Assembly: GCA_976226885.1 (NCBI GenBank)
Contig: OZ320314.1
Span: 67,518,001-67,582,000 of the forward strand
Origin: Iphione sp. A-MEVVRFRX5
Taxonomy: Eukaryota
DNA length: 64,000 bases
Direction: 5' to 3'
Below, piece after piece: positions 10,652-23,203 of the stretch; positions within the stretch are counted from its first letter, which is position 1; each line of letters starts with the position of its first letter. The notes beneath the pieces were generated by a model. It did not search any database. It saw only the letters and a program-made list of their open reading frames with translations, and was not told the DNA's origin. The translations under genes were made by a program, and so were the position numbers.

Positions 10652-10804
10652 CCGTCGGCTGTCCTCGGCTTGCCGTACCCAAGGATGGGTGGGCGCAGGT
10701 GGACGGTGAAAATGCTGTCATCAGGTGTAACTTAACCGACGAAACGTGGTACCTGACATGCAAGGGTACTGCCTGGCTCGGTCAGACGGGCAACTGCACC
10801 AAAG
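10652..10804 (+). CDS. Exon: 4-Cys sushi-like module
   Basis: ctgcag / G|gtaagc, 153 nt: (A)VGCPRLAVPKDGWAQVDGENAVIRCNLTDETWYLTCKGTAWLGQTGNCTK. In phase with the previous exon. Confidence 0.88.
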
Positions 10805-13506
10805 GTAAGCGGCGGCTCTTCATCTTCAGTGCATCATTCTATAGTCGGTAGCACTGACAGCCCATACTCCATAGCTAATTGTTCTCTGGTTGCTTTTTGA
10901 TCTGAAAGGCAAATGGTTCCATAACTATCACTAATGTTAAAGCTATCCCGATGTTGCCGCGCGTCCCGATTCTTTTGCTGTCTTTTTTCAAATAATGTGT
11001 CTGTTTCGACACAGAATATCAAATAAATCACCATATGTAGAATCCTATGTAAGTATATGTCGAAATTGAACATTGTCCAGATGTAGAGTTTTGTCCTTTT
11101 AGCATATCTATACAGTGAAAAGGTCAATGGAAATTAAATGGACAAAACAGGTACTTACTGTCACATCTGATAACATGTTAACAGGAACAGATTTGTTTGT
11201 ATTTTCTCCGTCCTTTTTACATCAGTCTAAGGCATCACATATGTTCAAAATCAAATACGCTGTTTTTTTCAATGAAAAGACGATTAAAATTATTGACATG
11301 ATTTTTCAATACAGCTTCAAGTCGTGCATAAGAACACATAGTTTCGGAGGTAGCCACTTCCCTTTGTGAATGTTTTTTATTCCAGGCCTTGCGCTATGCT
11401 AATGGATTTATACTTTTAGAGTGTGTCGACTTGGGCAGCATCACCCAATTCCCTTCATCTAGCGCATGCTGTTAACAGTCCCATCTGTCTTTGGACGCAA
11501 TGTGCCTGTATACATCCCTATTGAAACAGAGATCACGCGCTCTCGATTTGATGGCGAGTGAGAGTGGGGAGGGCTGACCTGTGGGTTTTTATCACCAGTT
11601 GATTTAGAGAGGGGCTGGCTTGGAGACTGGAGCACCGGTGATTCATGCTCATTCTTCTCTGATAGAGCAGGGAGGGTGCACGTTGTGCATGGGGAGGGCA
11701 TGGACCTTTGTCCTCCTTCCGAACCCTCACCTGCAGCCATCAATTTAGGCTCAATCGAGGCAGGACACCTATAAGAGCTGCTACACCGGCAGGGGCTACT
11801 ATAAAACCTATCCAGGAATAGTCCGCGGATAGCAATGCAAACAGCATACAAGCATTGAACTATTTATCTAGTGGCAACCCCTGAAAGAACGGTGGCCGAT
11901 ATACTAGGCGTTGTCTTCATGGAAACTGCTAATACATATGTTTTTTATCTGAAGCCATACATCTATATTTCCTGGCCTGCCAATATGTGTCTTATCTGCT
12001 GTTAGTTGTCCCAGTACGAAACATTTTATACAGTGGAATAAAATGCTCACGCGTCTGGCGCCATCCCACCAGACATGTTGGAGTGACCTGTAGAATTCCC
12101 AGGCATAAAAACTCAAGCACTGTTCACATCTGCTCAACCACTGGGGCATAGTGCAATTTCCTTGCACCAGTCGGCTTGTTGCGCTCTCCTGACATCAGCT
12201 TTTTCTCTGAGGGGTAGTCATGGCCAAGCACAGGATACTACTTCCGGCCACACCAAAGAGAGAATATAGAGCTTTGGTATTGAGCACAGAGTATGGCGCG
12301 AGTTTACCACAAGATATCGGAGGTATTTTGATATTTGATATACACATGTACATGTAATGTCAATTGGAATCGGCATATGCTCCAAACCACAAAGCATTTT
12401 CTGCGATATGAGATCCCTACAGCAGCCTATAAATGAGACGGTGTATGACAGATAGCGGTCCAGAGACCCGACTAAACCTCAATCTAGTTTACAGCTGCAG
12501 TGATGGTTTAGGCCAGTTAGCCTGAGCTAGGTCGCGCATATCCCTCGATGACACATGCCCTGTCGGTTACGTCCGCCATGCAGGCGAACTCCTCCTCCCT
12601 CTCAATGTCTCGGTCCTTCTCCTTACTAGGGTAAACAGTTCCTAATTAGACATTGTAAGGTGGCGGACTAACCAGGCCTGGAGATTGCTTGCCGGCGCAT
12701 GTGTCAGTTCCCATTAGTTTGTTGACCGCCCTGGAGGTAGACGCGTGACAGGCTGTAAATGGCAGGAGCACCTACATGTTACCTCATTACACACGTAAGG
12801 CTAGACCCCAACCCCGCGCACTTCTCTGGCCATAGGCCTTCCACCCAGAAGGGCATCGGAGGGTGGGGTTGTATGTGAGGGGCGGACGGGATCTTCAAGG
12901 CGGATACAAGGTGGGAGGAGAAGCTAACCACGCGGAACACGAACACGCTCGAGAGGCCATCACATCGCACGAAAGCCAAAGCAAGTTTTACTGATACTGG
13001 TAGTCGGGCACCGTCGACTGTCCTTTGAACAGCAACATACAAGCTCACCGCTCCATGATCTCTCAGGTTTCAACGATCTAACAGATGAGATAAATAATAG
13101 CCTATGATTCTTTCTAAATCCGCAGATCTCCATCGTGCATGCGGCTTTCTTCCATCCTAGCAGAAAGCCGTCATGCAGGCGGTTAGGGTTACCTCCAGCA
13201 TGACTGCAATGCTCTCTTCTCAACCGTCTCTACCTGTCATCAGCCAATTGTTTCCAGCGCTCTTTGCCCGCTTTTCACGCATCACGTCACCACACGATCA
13301 GTGCTTTTCTACCGCTGTCGATATTTTTTTCTGTATCGAATACCTGGCCACTATTTTCACCAATCATTTATTAGCAATTTGTGCTGGCTCTTTGAAACCT
13401 AGTATCGTGGCACGCAATGGTATAACATGACCACGTCACTAGTGGTTCTTTGTCGCTGTGTAGGCTCTCAAATTGATCTGTGCTCTACATATCTTTTTCT
13501 TTACAG

Positions 13507-13563
13507 CGGATCCTTCGTGGCACCTTGGAACTATCATAGGAGACGGCGCGTCTTTCCCCTATG
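13507..13563 (+). CDS. Exon: juxtamembrane linker ending in FPYG
   Basis: ttacag / G|gtgagt, 57 nt: (A)DPSWHLGTIIGDGASFPY(G). Phase consistent. Confidence 0.8.
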
Positions 13564-13963
13564 GTGAGTCACCCCCTCCCGTCTCAGGCTTAACCAAATA
13601 ATCCATACCTATATGCGACAGCGAAACATCAACCTCGCGGAACACTGTTGAATAGATTCGTGTATATCGAAATTGAAGTTTAGCACAGATGTTGTTCTTG
13701 TGACAGTAAAAACGTCACGTTTTAATAACTCGTACGCAGGACTGATGCCTGTAAAGGCTTCCTATAAGGCACACATGTATAGTGCTTTCGCCATACGAAA
13801 ACGTGAAAACAAAGGCACGTGGGTGTTTCGTGTAATTCGTACACATGTATAGGAAACTTCTGCTATTTAACCAATACATGTACTCAACAATGACCATTGC
13901 CGCCCTTATGTCGACACGCCCATATCTTGTGTTTAAATGGATCGCGTGCTGTTCCTTTCTCAG

Positions 13964-14051
13964 GTATTCTGATTGTGGTGGCCATTGGAGTGGCGCTCGG
14001 AGTTTTCTTCGGAGGAATATTGTTGACTGTTGTCGTTATATACATGCGACG
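13964..14051 (+). CDS. Exon: transmembrane helix
   Basis: ttctcag / CG|gtaagt: (G)ILIVVAIGVALGVFFGGILLTVVVIYMR(R). Confidence 0.88.
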
Positions 14052-14782
14052 GTAAGTATCTCGCATAGCAGATAAACAAATGTGATGAGGAGATTTCTAT
14101 AACGTGACGAAATGTGTTCGACATTTAATTCGACCCATTACACTTTTCCTGGAATCGACAAGTGTGGATAATCTGCAGTGGTAATTGTCCTAATGTATTA
14201 GAGCATTACACGAAACCCACAGAACTCTCCTTGTCAGCATAGATTTTATGTTAGAGCGTATTTGCTACCTTGTTTATCAGTTTAGCAGAAGATTGTTATT
14301 CGCAGTTTGAATAGTGGACGGAATATATTCTTAGTTCAGTGCATATATAAGATGACTCTTGAGCTTACCTTGGTATGGTAAGCAGGCCGGGCCGCTTTTA
14401 TTCAAAATTACAATTCGGCTAGACTATAAAATATCTCCAACGACGTTTTCAGACTCCAAGGAAGGCCTTCATCATTCTAGCGCCGCTGCAAGAATATAAT
14501 ACTGCGCCAGGTGGATTATCGGCCAGCCCAACTGTTTAGTCCCGAATGGGCAGCCGGATCAGTCGGGCGCGTGATCCGCGCCGCTCAACTGTCGGTGGGG
14601 ACTTAATGATAGCTCCCTTCTGTATGATTAAATCCCTCTCTCCCATCTCTGTCTCTCTCTCTGTCTCTGTCTCTCCCTGCCCCCCCCCCCTCCTCTCTCT
14701 CTTTTTCGTGCGCGCGTGAAATCGTACACAAATAACTAATTTGTTTTTTACTGTATATTTCATGTCTTCATAATCGTGATAG

Positions 14783-15167
14783 ACGCCATCGCCACACGCG
14801 TAACCCAGAGGACACTTCAGCAGGCGTGGTGCCGTCCGAGGACGTGGAAGAGCGCCTACGCGCGGCAAAATTCCTGGACGGGGGCGAGCGGATGCCCTGG
14901 TGTGAGCAGCTCAAGTACAGATCCACCCTACTGGAGGAGCGCTGCCCCCGTGGTGGGCGAGGCACCAGGGGCGGGGACAGTTCTGGTGACGCCACGTCCA
15001 GCTTCTCCACCTTGGCGCGGGGCGAGACCAGTCTGACACCCTGTGGTGGAGGATCTACATACAAGAGCCCCGCCCTGGAGGAACCGTCCATTTACTGTGA
15101 CAAAGAGGTGAGATCGACGGCCGGGCCCATGAGGCCACACATCTACGAGAGTCCGCAGTTTTCATGA
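14783..15167 (+). CDS. Last coding exon: cytoplasmic tail
   Basis: A phase-2 acceptor gatag at 14780-14782 gives RHRHTRNPEDTSAGVVPSEDVEERL..HIYESPQFS*. The stop is clear; the exact acceptor is less certain. Confidence 0.72.
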
Positions 15168-18100
15168 CACACACGGCCGCCGCACTGCGTGCGTGTATAC
15201 GTGTGTGACGCTTTGGCTAATGCAACGGCCGCACCACCCTCGGCTCCCGCCCTGGTTGAGGAGGGCACACCGCTCACTGCCATCACTCTACCCCTCCGAT
15301 GATGGAGGTCCCGAAAGCTTCGCCCTGATAACGATTGCTCCTATGCTGATAGTGACATGTATACTATAGTGTGAGAAGAGTTGCTGAAGACTTTGTCGGT
15401 CTAAGCGAAATTCTCTCTCTCTCACTTTTTTCTATGTGGAGGTCTCTTCATTGCGGGGTGATGGAAACCAATCTCCTCCCTCCTCAACGTGACGAAGAAT
15501 GGCAGGCTGTAGTACCAGCTGGCAGTGTGATAGCACAGACCACCAGTCACCCACTGCATACGCTTGTGAATTGAGACATTAGTTAGGTTTATCAAAACAC
15601 TGCGTCCTAATTGAGGTGGACACAAGTGGTCGCATGAGAGACTTCGACAAACTTGCAGCAACATGTGCTACCCTCGGCCTGTCATCCCCATGCCTTTCTG
15701 TGAGGGGTCCTCTGCTTCCCTCGCTTGCATCATGGCTATTTTACATTGCAAGGGTGTAGGTTCTTCTCCTAGCGACAATGACCAGAACTACATAAACATT
15801 TCGCTAAAATGAACTAAACCAGTACTATTCAGTGTAACTGTGTCAAAATTGGTTGCATTTATGTGGAAATGTCCAGAATCAGCTCAGAACTATAGCATCG
15901 CCCATTGTCACAAGGTTATTCTCACTGACGGGGCCGCGTTTTCAGCTATATATTGAAAGATTGGAACAGACCGAGTCCGCTCGACCTCGTCGATCAAAGT
16001 CTGATCACTGTGTGTATGTGCTCGCTGGAACTTTAATTAAACCACTACCATTTCCCTTTATTAAAAAATGGAACAAAACGGCTTTGATGGGACTGCGAGT
16101 ATTAGCTACCAGTGTGAATACAGTGTATATATATTTTTGGTAATGAATAAGATAACGTAATGAAAATGTATGGCGCAATAAAAAAAACTCCGAGAGGATC
16201 AAAAGATTGCACCACCGGATTGAAAACATTAACAATTAAGAGCGTCTGGGAGGCGTTTCTGCATGTCGCATATGCATGGAATGTATTAAAATGCAAACCG
16301 CTACCTTCGCACTGAGCCGCCGAGCAAGTAAATGCACCTTCATGCCGCTCCAGTTTTCTTTACATATTAAATTATGTACTTGTGCTCATGCATATACCAT
16401 TGAATAAATGGCACGCTCCTTATTTGAATTATCATTATTCAGAGTGCGCTTGAAAGTACATATCCGGGTCCAGAGACATGTTCAATTATTTGTCCTTTGC
16501 AGCAGTTTGGGGACATAAATCTCGATCGTACGAATCCTTTTCAACCACTGATAAACGCCTCTACCCGTAAGTTGTATCAATTTTGCTTTTTATGCTGGAT
16601 TATTTCTTTTATAAAAGGTGATTCTTTTATCTATTAATATAACCTAATAAAATGTATACATGAAAATCAGTTCGTGATGTACAAATGTATCTTTTAATAA
16701 AATGGCAATAAAACTGACTCATTCCAGGAAAGTACACATTTCTTTATTGGTCGGTTATCTATGATGAAGGCAGACTCTGATGTTATAGACTAGACTGGCT
16801 CCTGGGAAGGGTACTAGGCATGCTTGTCCGAACGTCACACTGACACCAACTAAAACATAGGCTATGGTCACATTTGCCTTGGCCAATAGGGTGGCCATTG
16901 TATATTAAACAGGCAACTCATGTGGCATGGCAACCACACTTTACCGACAAAACACACAAAACCGAGAACACCTGTGGTCATAGGCAGTGTAAACTATCCC
17001 CCTGCGGAAGTAGGGGGGAGGGTATAGAACCAAAAAATGGCAGATTCATCAACTGCTACTATTACTTCGAGAGAACAGGCTGTAATTTACCGGCATAACA
17101 GTATCCTCTATCACCCAAGAAACATGTGGTTATTTGAGTCTGTAAGATAGGTACTGTGCAAGGGCATGTATAATCATTGTATCACCAAATATAAGTTATA
17201 ATACAACTGGAAACGTTACCGTTACACATCCCATCAATCCAACATAGTCTCGTTGTGGCACTGTATTTACACACATGCTACTTTAAGTAGTTTCCGGAGA
17301 CGCTGGAAGAACTGTGGCATGATCTTAGTAATAGGGGGAAAAAAAGATGTCCGACTTGACAGCAGTTACGAAAAGTACGAATAACAAATACATATTCGCC
17401 TATATAAACAAAGCCATCCATTGTGGACTGACACCTTAGTTGACACACCCTGCACTCCCACTTGCCTTACATCCTTCACCGACCGGGACACAAGTACTTT
17501 GCTGTCTGGATGACTAGAGTTCATCTCTTAGCCAGCAGTTATCGGAGCACACAGATCAAATGGCCCACAGCTAGGCCGGATGACAAACAGGTCATTAAAC
17601 ACTGATAGTGTTTAAGGTGACACATCACACAAACGTTGAAAGGCGCTGCAGCGCTGTTTACATGTATGCTATTTATCAATTATTAATGGATATATTTAGA
17701 CAGTATAGGTAACATATGAGCATCAGATATCTGACTCGTCTGAAAGCAAACTATGCAGATGAATGATATTTATAGAAGCACCCATCAGTTAAAGCAGGGA
17801 TTGGCTGTGCTTTAGACCATAATATCCTATGTAAACGGTCCACTTGTTCTGAATTCTCTTATAAACCGGCAAGTATCTTGATATATGAATTACTATTTCA
17901 AACTTCATAAGACTGATTTGCACTCTGATATGTATTCAGATCGCACACCCATGCACATAAACATCTTATTACCTTTAAAATGGCGGTCTCTTAACCATGA
18001 CCTTGAACCACAAGAATGCTCCCTCTTTCACACCAATAAATAAAAATAAATAACATCAATAAGATGATATAAGAATGTGAAAATTATGCTGTTTATCCAT

Positions 18101-20051
18101 CTTCTATAAGTATACAACCCTTCCTTCAAAGTAATTCTTGAAGTACATAGATAGGATCTGGACGTAAGACGATATTCCCGTGGAGCCTATGAATGGTACA
18201 TGCAATAATACCGAAGTCCTCTGCACTGTTCTAGAGCTTAGGAAACTCCCGCAGCTAAATTGAGGTTGAGCTGCTGTACGAATCGCATGTTATAAATGTA
18301 CATGTCGAGGTCAGTGGTGGGGGAATGGCAGAAAATGAGGCTTTTCGCATACAGAAAGGGATGGGGCAGAAAATAGGGCAGTTGGGGAATACTTCGTCGG
18401 AGAGAACGTCAACGTGAACATCGCTGTCGGCATAAGCACCAGCAGAGGCGGTCGCAAACGATGACCAGTATCATATGGCAGTAATAACACGCACAAAAAA
18501 TGAATCTGGTTCTCATGTGAGGATTAAATTCATACGGTAAAATCAAAATCTACAGATCAAAATGCGAAGGTAAAAACTGCAAGCAGAAATAGTGTCAACA
18601 ATGAAAGATAGGATTAAAATTCTTAATCAAAGTATATATTTTCTACACACATGAAGGCCCACGCTTCTTCATATAAAAATTCCAACCACACACAAAGTAC
18701 GTCAACAATTGCGGAACGCATCGGGACAAAGGAAACTTTCAATATGTACAGATGGAACTTGTTCATTTCAAAATGGAAGAATGATTATCACCTGGAGTGG
18801 AAGTCTTCAGTGCAATCGACGGGTGTTAGCAACCCCTCAATGAACCTAGCAGTTGAAAACATGGGACCTCCCTACACAGTCTCCACACTTGCATTAACTG
18901 GAGGACTCTCAGTACTCTACACGCTAATTAGTCTTAAGTCCGTTTAGCCATCTCTGTCGGTCAACTTTCATGAATAGCTAGGAGACACAGTAGTGTTAGT
19001 GTGTACTGTCATACCCAACGCCTCTGTGCCCTATGGAGTCACATAGTCAGTCTCCAGAGACGCACTCAAAAACTGCACATACTGCACTGCGTCAGTAGGC
19101 CACCTCGAGCGACCGTTACCAACGACCCTATTCTATGTACATGTGCGCGTATGTACATGTACATACATCAGCCAATAACCTATGTGAAAAAACAATAATT
19201 ACAATGGAGGCAGAGGGATAACTTCTTGGTTGGACAAAGTTCTCATCATGATAGATAGGAGTCAGTTAACAGACAGCAAAGTTTGGCCTCCGGTCATCCT
19301 CAATAACAAGATAGAAGCCACACTTCTGTTAATGATCTGTTGCAGAGGAGCGTTATCTATCTCACAAGCATACATACAACAGTGCAGCCCAGCATGACAT
19401 TTCATGATATTTGATCAGCAATACCCTACAGTATATCATTACCTCTTTCCTCACAAATACATAACATGCTGAAGTAGAATGAATGGAGCACTGCGCGGAA
19501 CTCCTAACATTTCACTTCTTCCGAACAGACGAATATTGCATACATACACGTGCTGCAGTACGTACATTATTACACGTTACGAAGACACACCAGTGGCTCA
19601 TATCTAATGGTGAATTTGGCGTAGCCAAGGATTCTGTAAAGCCGTTAGCACATTATAACATATCACAATATTGAAAGGGGACCATGCTTAAAGAGTTGAG
19701 GGTAGACGTGGTTCAATCTCAGAGGCACCTGGCTGGCAAATGGCTGTACGCAACAAACACCTGCTTAAATGGCTTCTTTTCTTCATAACAAAATACGCTG
19801 TGCAAAGACAGTCAGACTAGATCTACATCAATTGGTCACCGATCAAAGCGGCCTCTGCCCCGATACCTGTAATAAGTGCCCAACACCTGCTTCTCCGGCC
19901 CTCCCTCCCCGGGCTCTCTCCGTAACCGTACACCCTAGTCGAAGGCCTCTGACATGGAAGGCTCCCTGCCTGCACGGACGACCATCCCCGGGACTCCCCG
20001 CGGTCGCACCATCTCCCGTTCAGAGAACGTCGCTGAGCAGGGGGGCGTCCA

Positions 20052-20150
20052 TCAGATCGATGACGCATTGGTAGCGCTTGGATTGTCTAGGAAGTTGGCA
20101 ATGTGTTCATAGCCGGCTTCTCGGGCCAGGTCGGCAGGGGTCTGGCCCTC
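20052..20150 (-). CDS. ANKRD29: ANKRD29 last coding exon
   Basis: EGQTPADLAREAGYEHIANFLDNPSATNASSI*. All introns are phase 0, giving 303 aa in total. Confidence 0.88.
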   Translation of the reverse strand, partial: EGQTPADLAREAGYEHIANFLDNPSATNASSI

Positions 20151-20378
20151 CTGTGACGAGAGAACAGCGAGCATCTCATAATAGAAAAAAGTCCAATACA
20201 CAAAGCCTAAACACACCGCCACCGCTCTATATAAATCATTAATTCACATTGTGGCATTTACGCAGTATGTTAGATCATGGTAGAGTCAATCTTCGTGAAC
20301 GGATAAGGCGGAGTTAGAGCTGCGTTAACTGGTCTACAGTTCAGAGGCACCGCTTGGTTGGTATGACCTTTGACTCAC

Positions 20379-20477
20379 CTTGTTTCGCATGTTGTGTTGG
20401 CTGCCGGCACCCACCAGCTCACGGCAGACTTTGGCGTGGCCAAAGAGCGCTGCAGCGTGTAGCGCCGTCTCACCATT
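20379..20477 (-). CDS. ANKRD29: ANKRD29 exon 8
   Basis: 99 nt: NGETALHAAALFGHAKVCRELVGAGSQHNMRNK. Confidence 0.93.
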
Positions 20478-20571
20478 CTGTGAAAAAAAACAACATTCAC
20501 ACACATTGGTAGACTTAGCATAGTCTACGAGGACGCCGAACACGCCAGAGTTAGTAAAGTCAGCAGATGTA

Positions 20572-21384
20572 CCGGCGGCCCTCCTCAACCGGAGGGGTAC
20601 CGGAATGCGAAAATATGTCCGGTTGGGAGGGGGTCCGGAATGGCGACCCGAGCACCATGCGTCTCCTGGTGGTGAAAACTGTCATAATGATAAACTATGA
20701 TTGAGGCATATTCCATGGAAAAAGTGTCAAAAACGGCAAAATTCATGGAGATTGAGGCATATTCCATGGAAAAAGTGTCAAAAACGGCAAAATTCATGGA
20801 GATTGAGGCACATTCCATGGAAAAAGTAACAAAAAACGGCAAAATTCATGGAGATTGAGGCATATTCCATGGAGAAAATGTCAAAAATGGCAAATTTCTT
20901 TGTTCTCTGCACTCTGTTGTTTCTTCCTTTAGGAGGGTCTGGCTGGCATGTAGCTCTTATGTAACCATTTCGCGCATCTATATTTGACTTTGAACCTCTT
21001 GTCAGTCGCTCTGCACTCTGTTGTTTCTTCGTTTAGGAGGGTCTGGCTGGCATGTAGCTCTTATGTAACCATTTCGTGCATCTATATTTGACTTTGAACC
21101 TCTTGTCAGTCGCTCTGCGCTCTGTTGTTTCTTCGTTTAGGAGGGTCTGGCTGGCATGTAGCTCTTATGTAATCATTTCGCACGTCTGTATTTGACGCCT
21201 CCAGTTAAATGGCTGTATTTCCTATGTTAAATGGTCTAAAATGCAGCTAAATTTCGTCCGAATCCGGAGACGGGGTCTCCGGTTAAGTAATATAATTTTA
21301 ATAGAAAAAGCATTGGTTATTCAGATTCCATCCGGTAACGGTGATATTCCGGTATAGAGGGGTCCGGTTGGGGCGGGCCGTCGG
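20572..21384. mobile_element. Non-autonomous DNA transposon (MITE-like, TA TSD) with internal tandem arrays, in an ANKRD29 intron
   Basis: 22-bp TIRs CCGGCGGCCCTCCTCAACCGGA / CCGACGGCCCGCCCCAACCGGA (19/22), flanked by TA on both sides. Internal 51-bp unit x about 4 (about 20690-20895) and 104-bp unit x about 2.8 (starts 20906, 21010, 21114). Confidence 0.85.
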
Positions 21385-21521
21385 TACCTAAATATCTCCA
21401 CCTAGTGAAACCGAACAGACCCATTTGTGGCTTATGAAAGACGATCTGCACTTTAACACCAGGTTTACAGTGGCATGATTTCCCGTCTAAATACATCTAT
21501 CATTAACGTGTGACAACCTAC

Positions 21522-21617
21522 CTCCAGCAGCCCGAGGTTAGGCTTTCGTTTGAGGAGTTCCTGGACCACGTCCAGGTGGCCTTTATGTGCAGCTTTGAAG
21601 AGTGGAGTAGCGCCGTC
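21522..21617 (-). CDS. ANKRD29: ANKRD29 exon 7
   Basis: 96 nt: DGATPLFKAAHKGHLDVVQELLKRKPNLGLLE. Confidence 0.93.
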
Positions 21618-22099
21618 CTACAAATACACACTATACTCAATAGATGTGAGGACTGAGGATGGTTGCACACGCAACGATACCTCTACCCGAGAAGGTCTAT
21701 ACATGAAGGACAAGGAGGTCCAAGGCAACGTTCGTGACAGCGAAATTTAACTATCTGTACTTTACATTATAAAGACATCAATACTTATCTCTCCTTGTGA
21801 TGTTTATTTTTACTTTCATTACTAAGCTAAGGATGACTTATTGAATATTACAAGAGGATGGTTGCTTGCATGCCCCAATACTTGAACAAAATATAGTTTA
21901 AAATTCACAAATTGCAATGTTCTTTTCGCTTTTCGAAAACGATATATATTCAGTATTTCCCCACGGTCATGATTTTGATCATAAATCACTAAGTAAGGAA
22001 AAATGACAGTTTAAAGGTACAATCAGTATTGTGCAACGCACGCACAAATTGTGATCGAATATTTAGAAAGCTTGCTCTCATGAGCTTGTGGTCGTGTAC

Positions 22100-22198
22100 C
22101 TCTCTCACCGAGTCGACCTCACTGCCAGTATCCAGGAGCTCGGTCACTATACTGGCGTGGCCCATCTGGGCAGCAATCCACAAGGGGCTCGCCCGGTC
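22100..22198 (-). CDS. ANKRD29: ANKRD29 exon 6
   Basis: 99 nt: DRASPLWIAAQMGHASIVTELLDTGSEVDSVRE. The PLWIAxQMGH motif is characteristic of ANKRD29. Confidence 0.93.
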
Positions 22199-22680
22199 CT
22201 GGACGTCGTCAAAGAAGGACAAGAAAGCATAGAAGCGACAAACGAACTCATTCTCCCTGACGCATAAAGGACGCGCACATCAGAAATTTAAGGATTTTGT
22301 ATGATTCATTAACCGTGAATACGTAGCCCTTGTAAGTGACATTTGCAGTTGAAACAAAAATTCCTCCTTTTTGCTTTTCAAATGTAATGGTGCACAGCGC
22401 CCGTAGGAGGATTCAATGCTTTGGCCCCTGATAATAATAGAATACGCGTATGCTATTTATAATATATGGAAATAAGATTCGACGTATAGTTGGAAGCAAA
22501 TAAATCGGCATTATGCCTCTGTGTTGGCGGCAGGAAACTTAACTGTCAGGCATGGTTACTGCTTAAATGATATTAATCCACACATCGGGTTATGAAAACA
22601 CACATATATGTCACGGTGTTTGAAAGTAACTATGATTAGAGCTGACAGGAGACAAGAGCGCCCTTGGATTATGAACGTAC

Positions 22681-22878
22681 TTTCCTCTTCGTGTTGGGAT
22701 TAGCACCTCGGGAGAGCAGGAACCTCAGCATCTTGGTGTGGCCATTCTGGGCGGCGATGAAGAGCGGCGTGGCTCCATCTACCATCTGTACGTGCAGGTC
22801 GGCGCCATGCTTGAGCAGCTCATCAGCGACCTCTAGGTGATTGCACTGACACGACACGAACAACGGCGTCCCACCGTC
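22681..22878 (-). CDS. ANKRD29: ANKRD29 exon 5 (two ankyrin repeats)
   Basis: 198 nt: DGGTPLFVSCQCNH..QMVDGATPLFIAAQNGH..NTKRK. Confidence 0.93.
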
Positions 22879-23104
22879 CTACAGTCAACAATACAGTCTA
22901 CATATCATTCTGAATTTGTATATTGTTTCCTAATAAAACAACAAACATGCATACTGCCCCCATTCACTTAGCTGCTATGGGAAACAGGGTTTGTTTACAA
23001 TCAAGAGTTTGTTGCAGAATTTAGCTAATAACGATCTTCCAGTACAGTTTTCGACAACTTCGTTATAAAAGCGCCAAGGCTAAAAACATCACTGATCTAC
23101 TTAC

Positions 23105-23203
23105 ATAGCTGGGTAGGTCTATGGGAGCGCCGTGGCTGAGGAGTTCCTTGACTATATCCAAGAAGCCGCCCTGAGCGGCGAAGAAGAGTGCACATGTACC
23201 CGT
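23105..23203 (-). CDS. ANKRD29: ANKRD29 exon 4 (ankyrin repeat; not in the ORF track)
   Basis: 99 nt: TGTCALFFAAQGGFLDIVKELLSHGAPIDLPSY, gctag / gtaagt. Confidence 0.93.

Noticed and set aside
14452-14480. Alternative acceptor ttttcag for the receptor's last exon
   Set aside because: It gives a stop after nine codons. The 14783 exon supplies the family-like HIYESP tail.
20585-20842. ORF with 17-aa repeats (SISMNFAVFDTFSMEYA)
   Set aside because: Translation of the 51-bp MITE minisatellite.
20690-21190. Regular repeats superficially like a CRISPR array
   Set aside because: Head-to-tail units without unique spacers, in a eukaryotic intron, with no cas genes.
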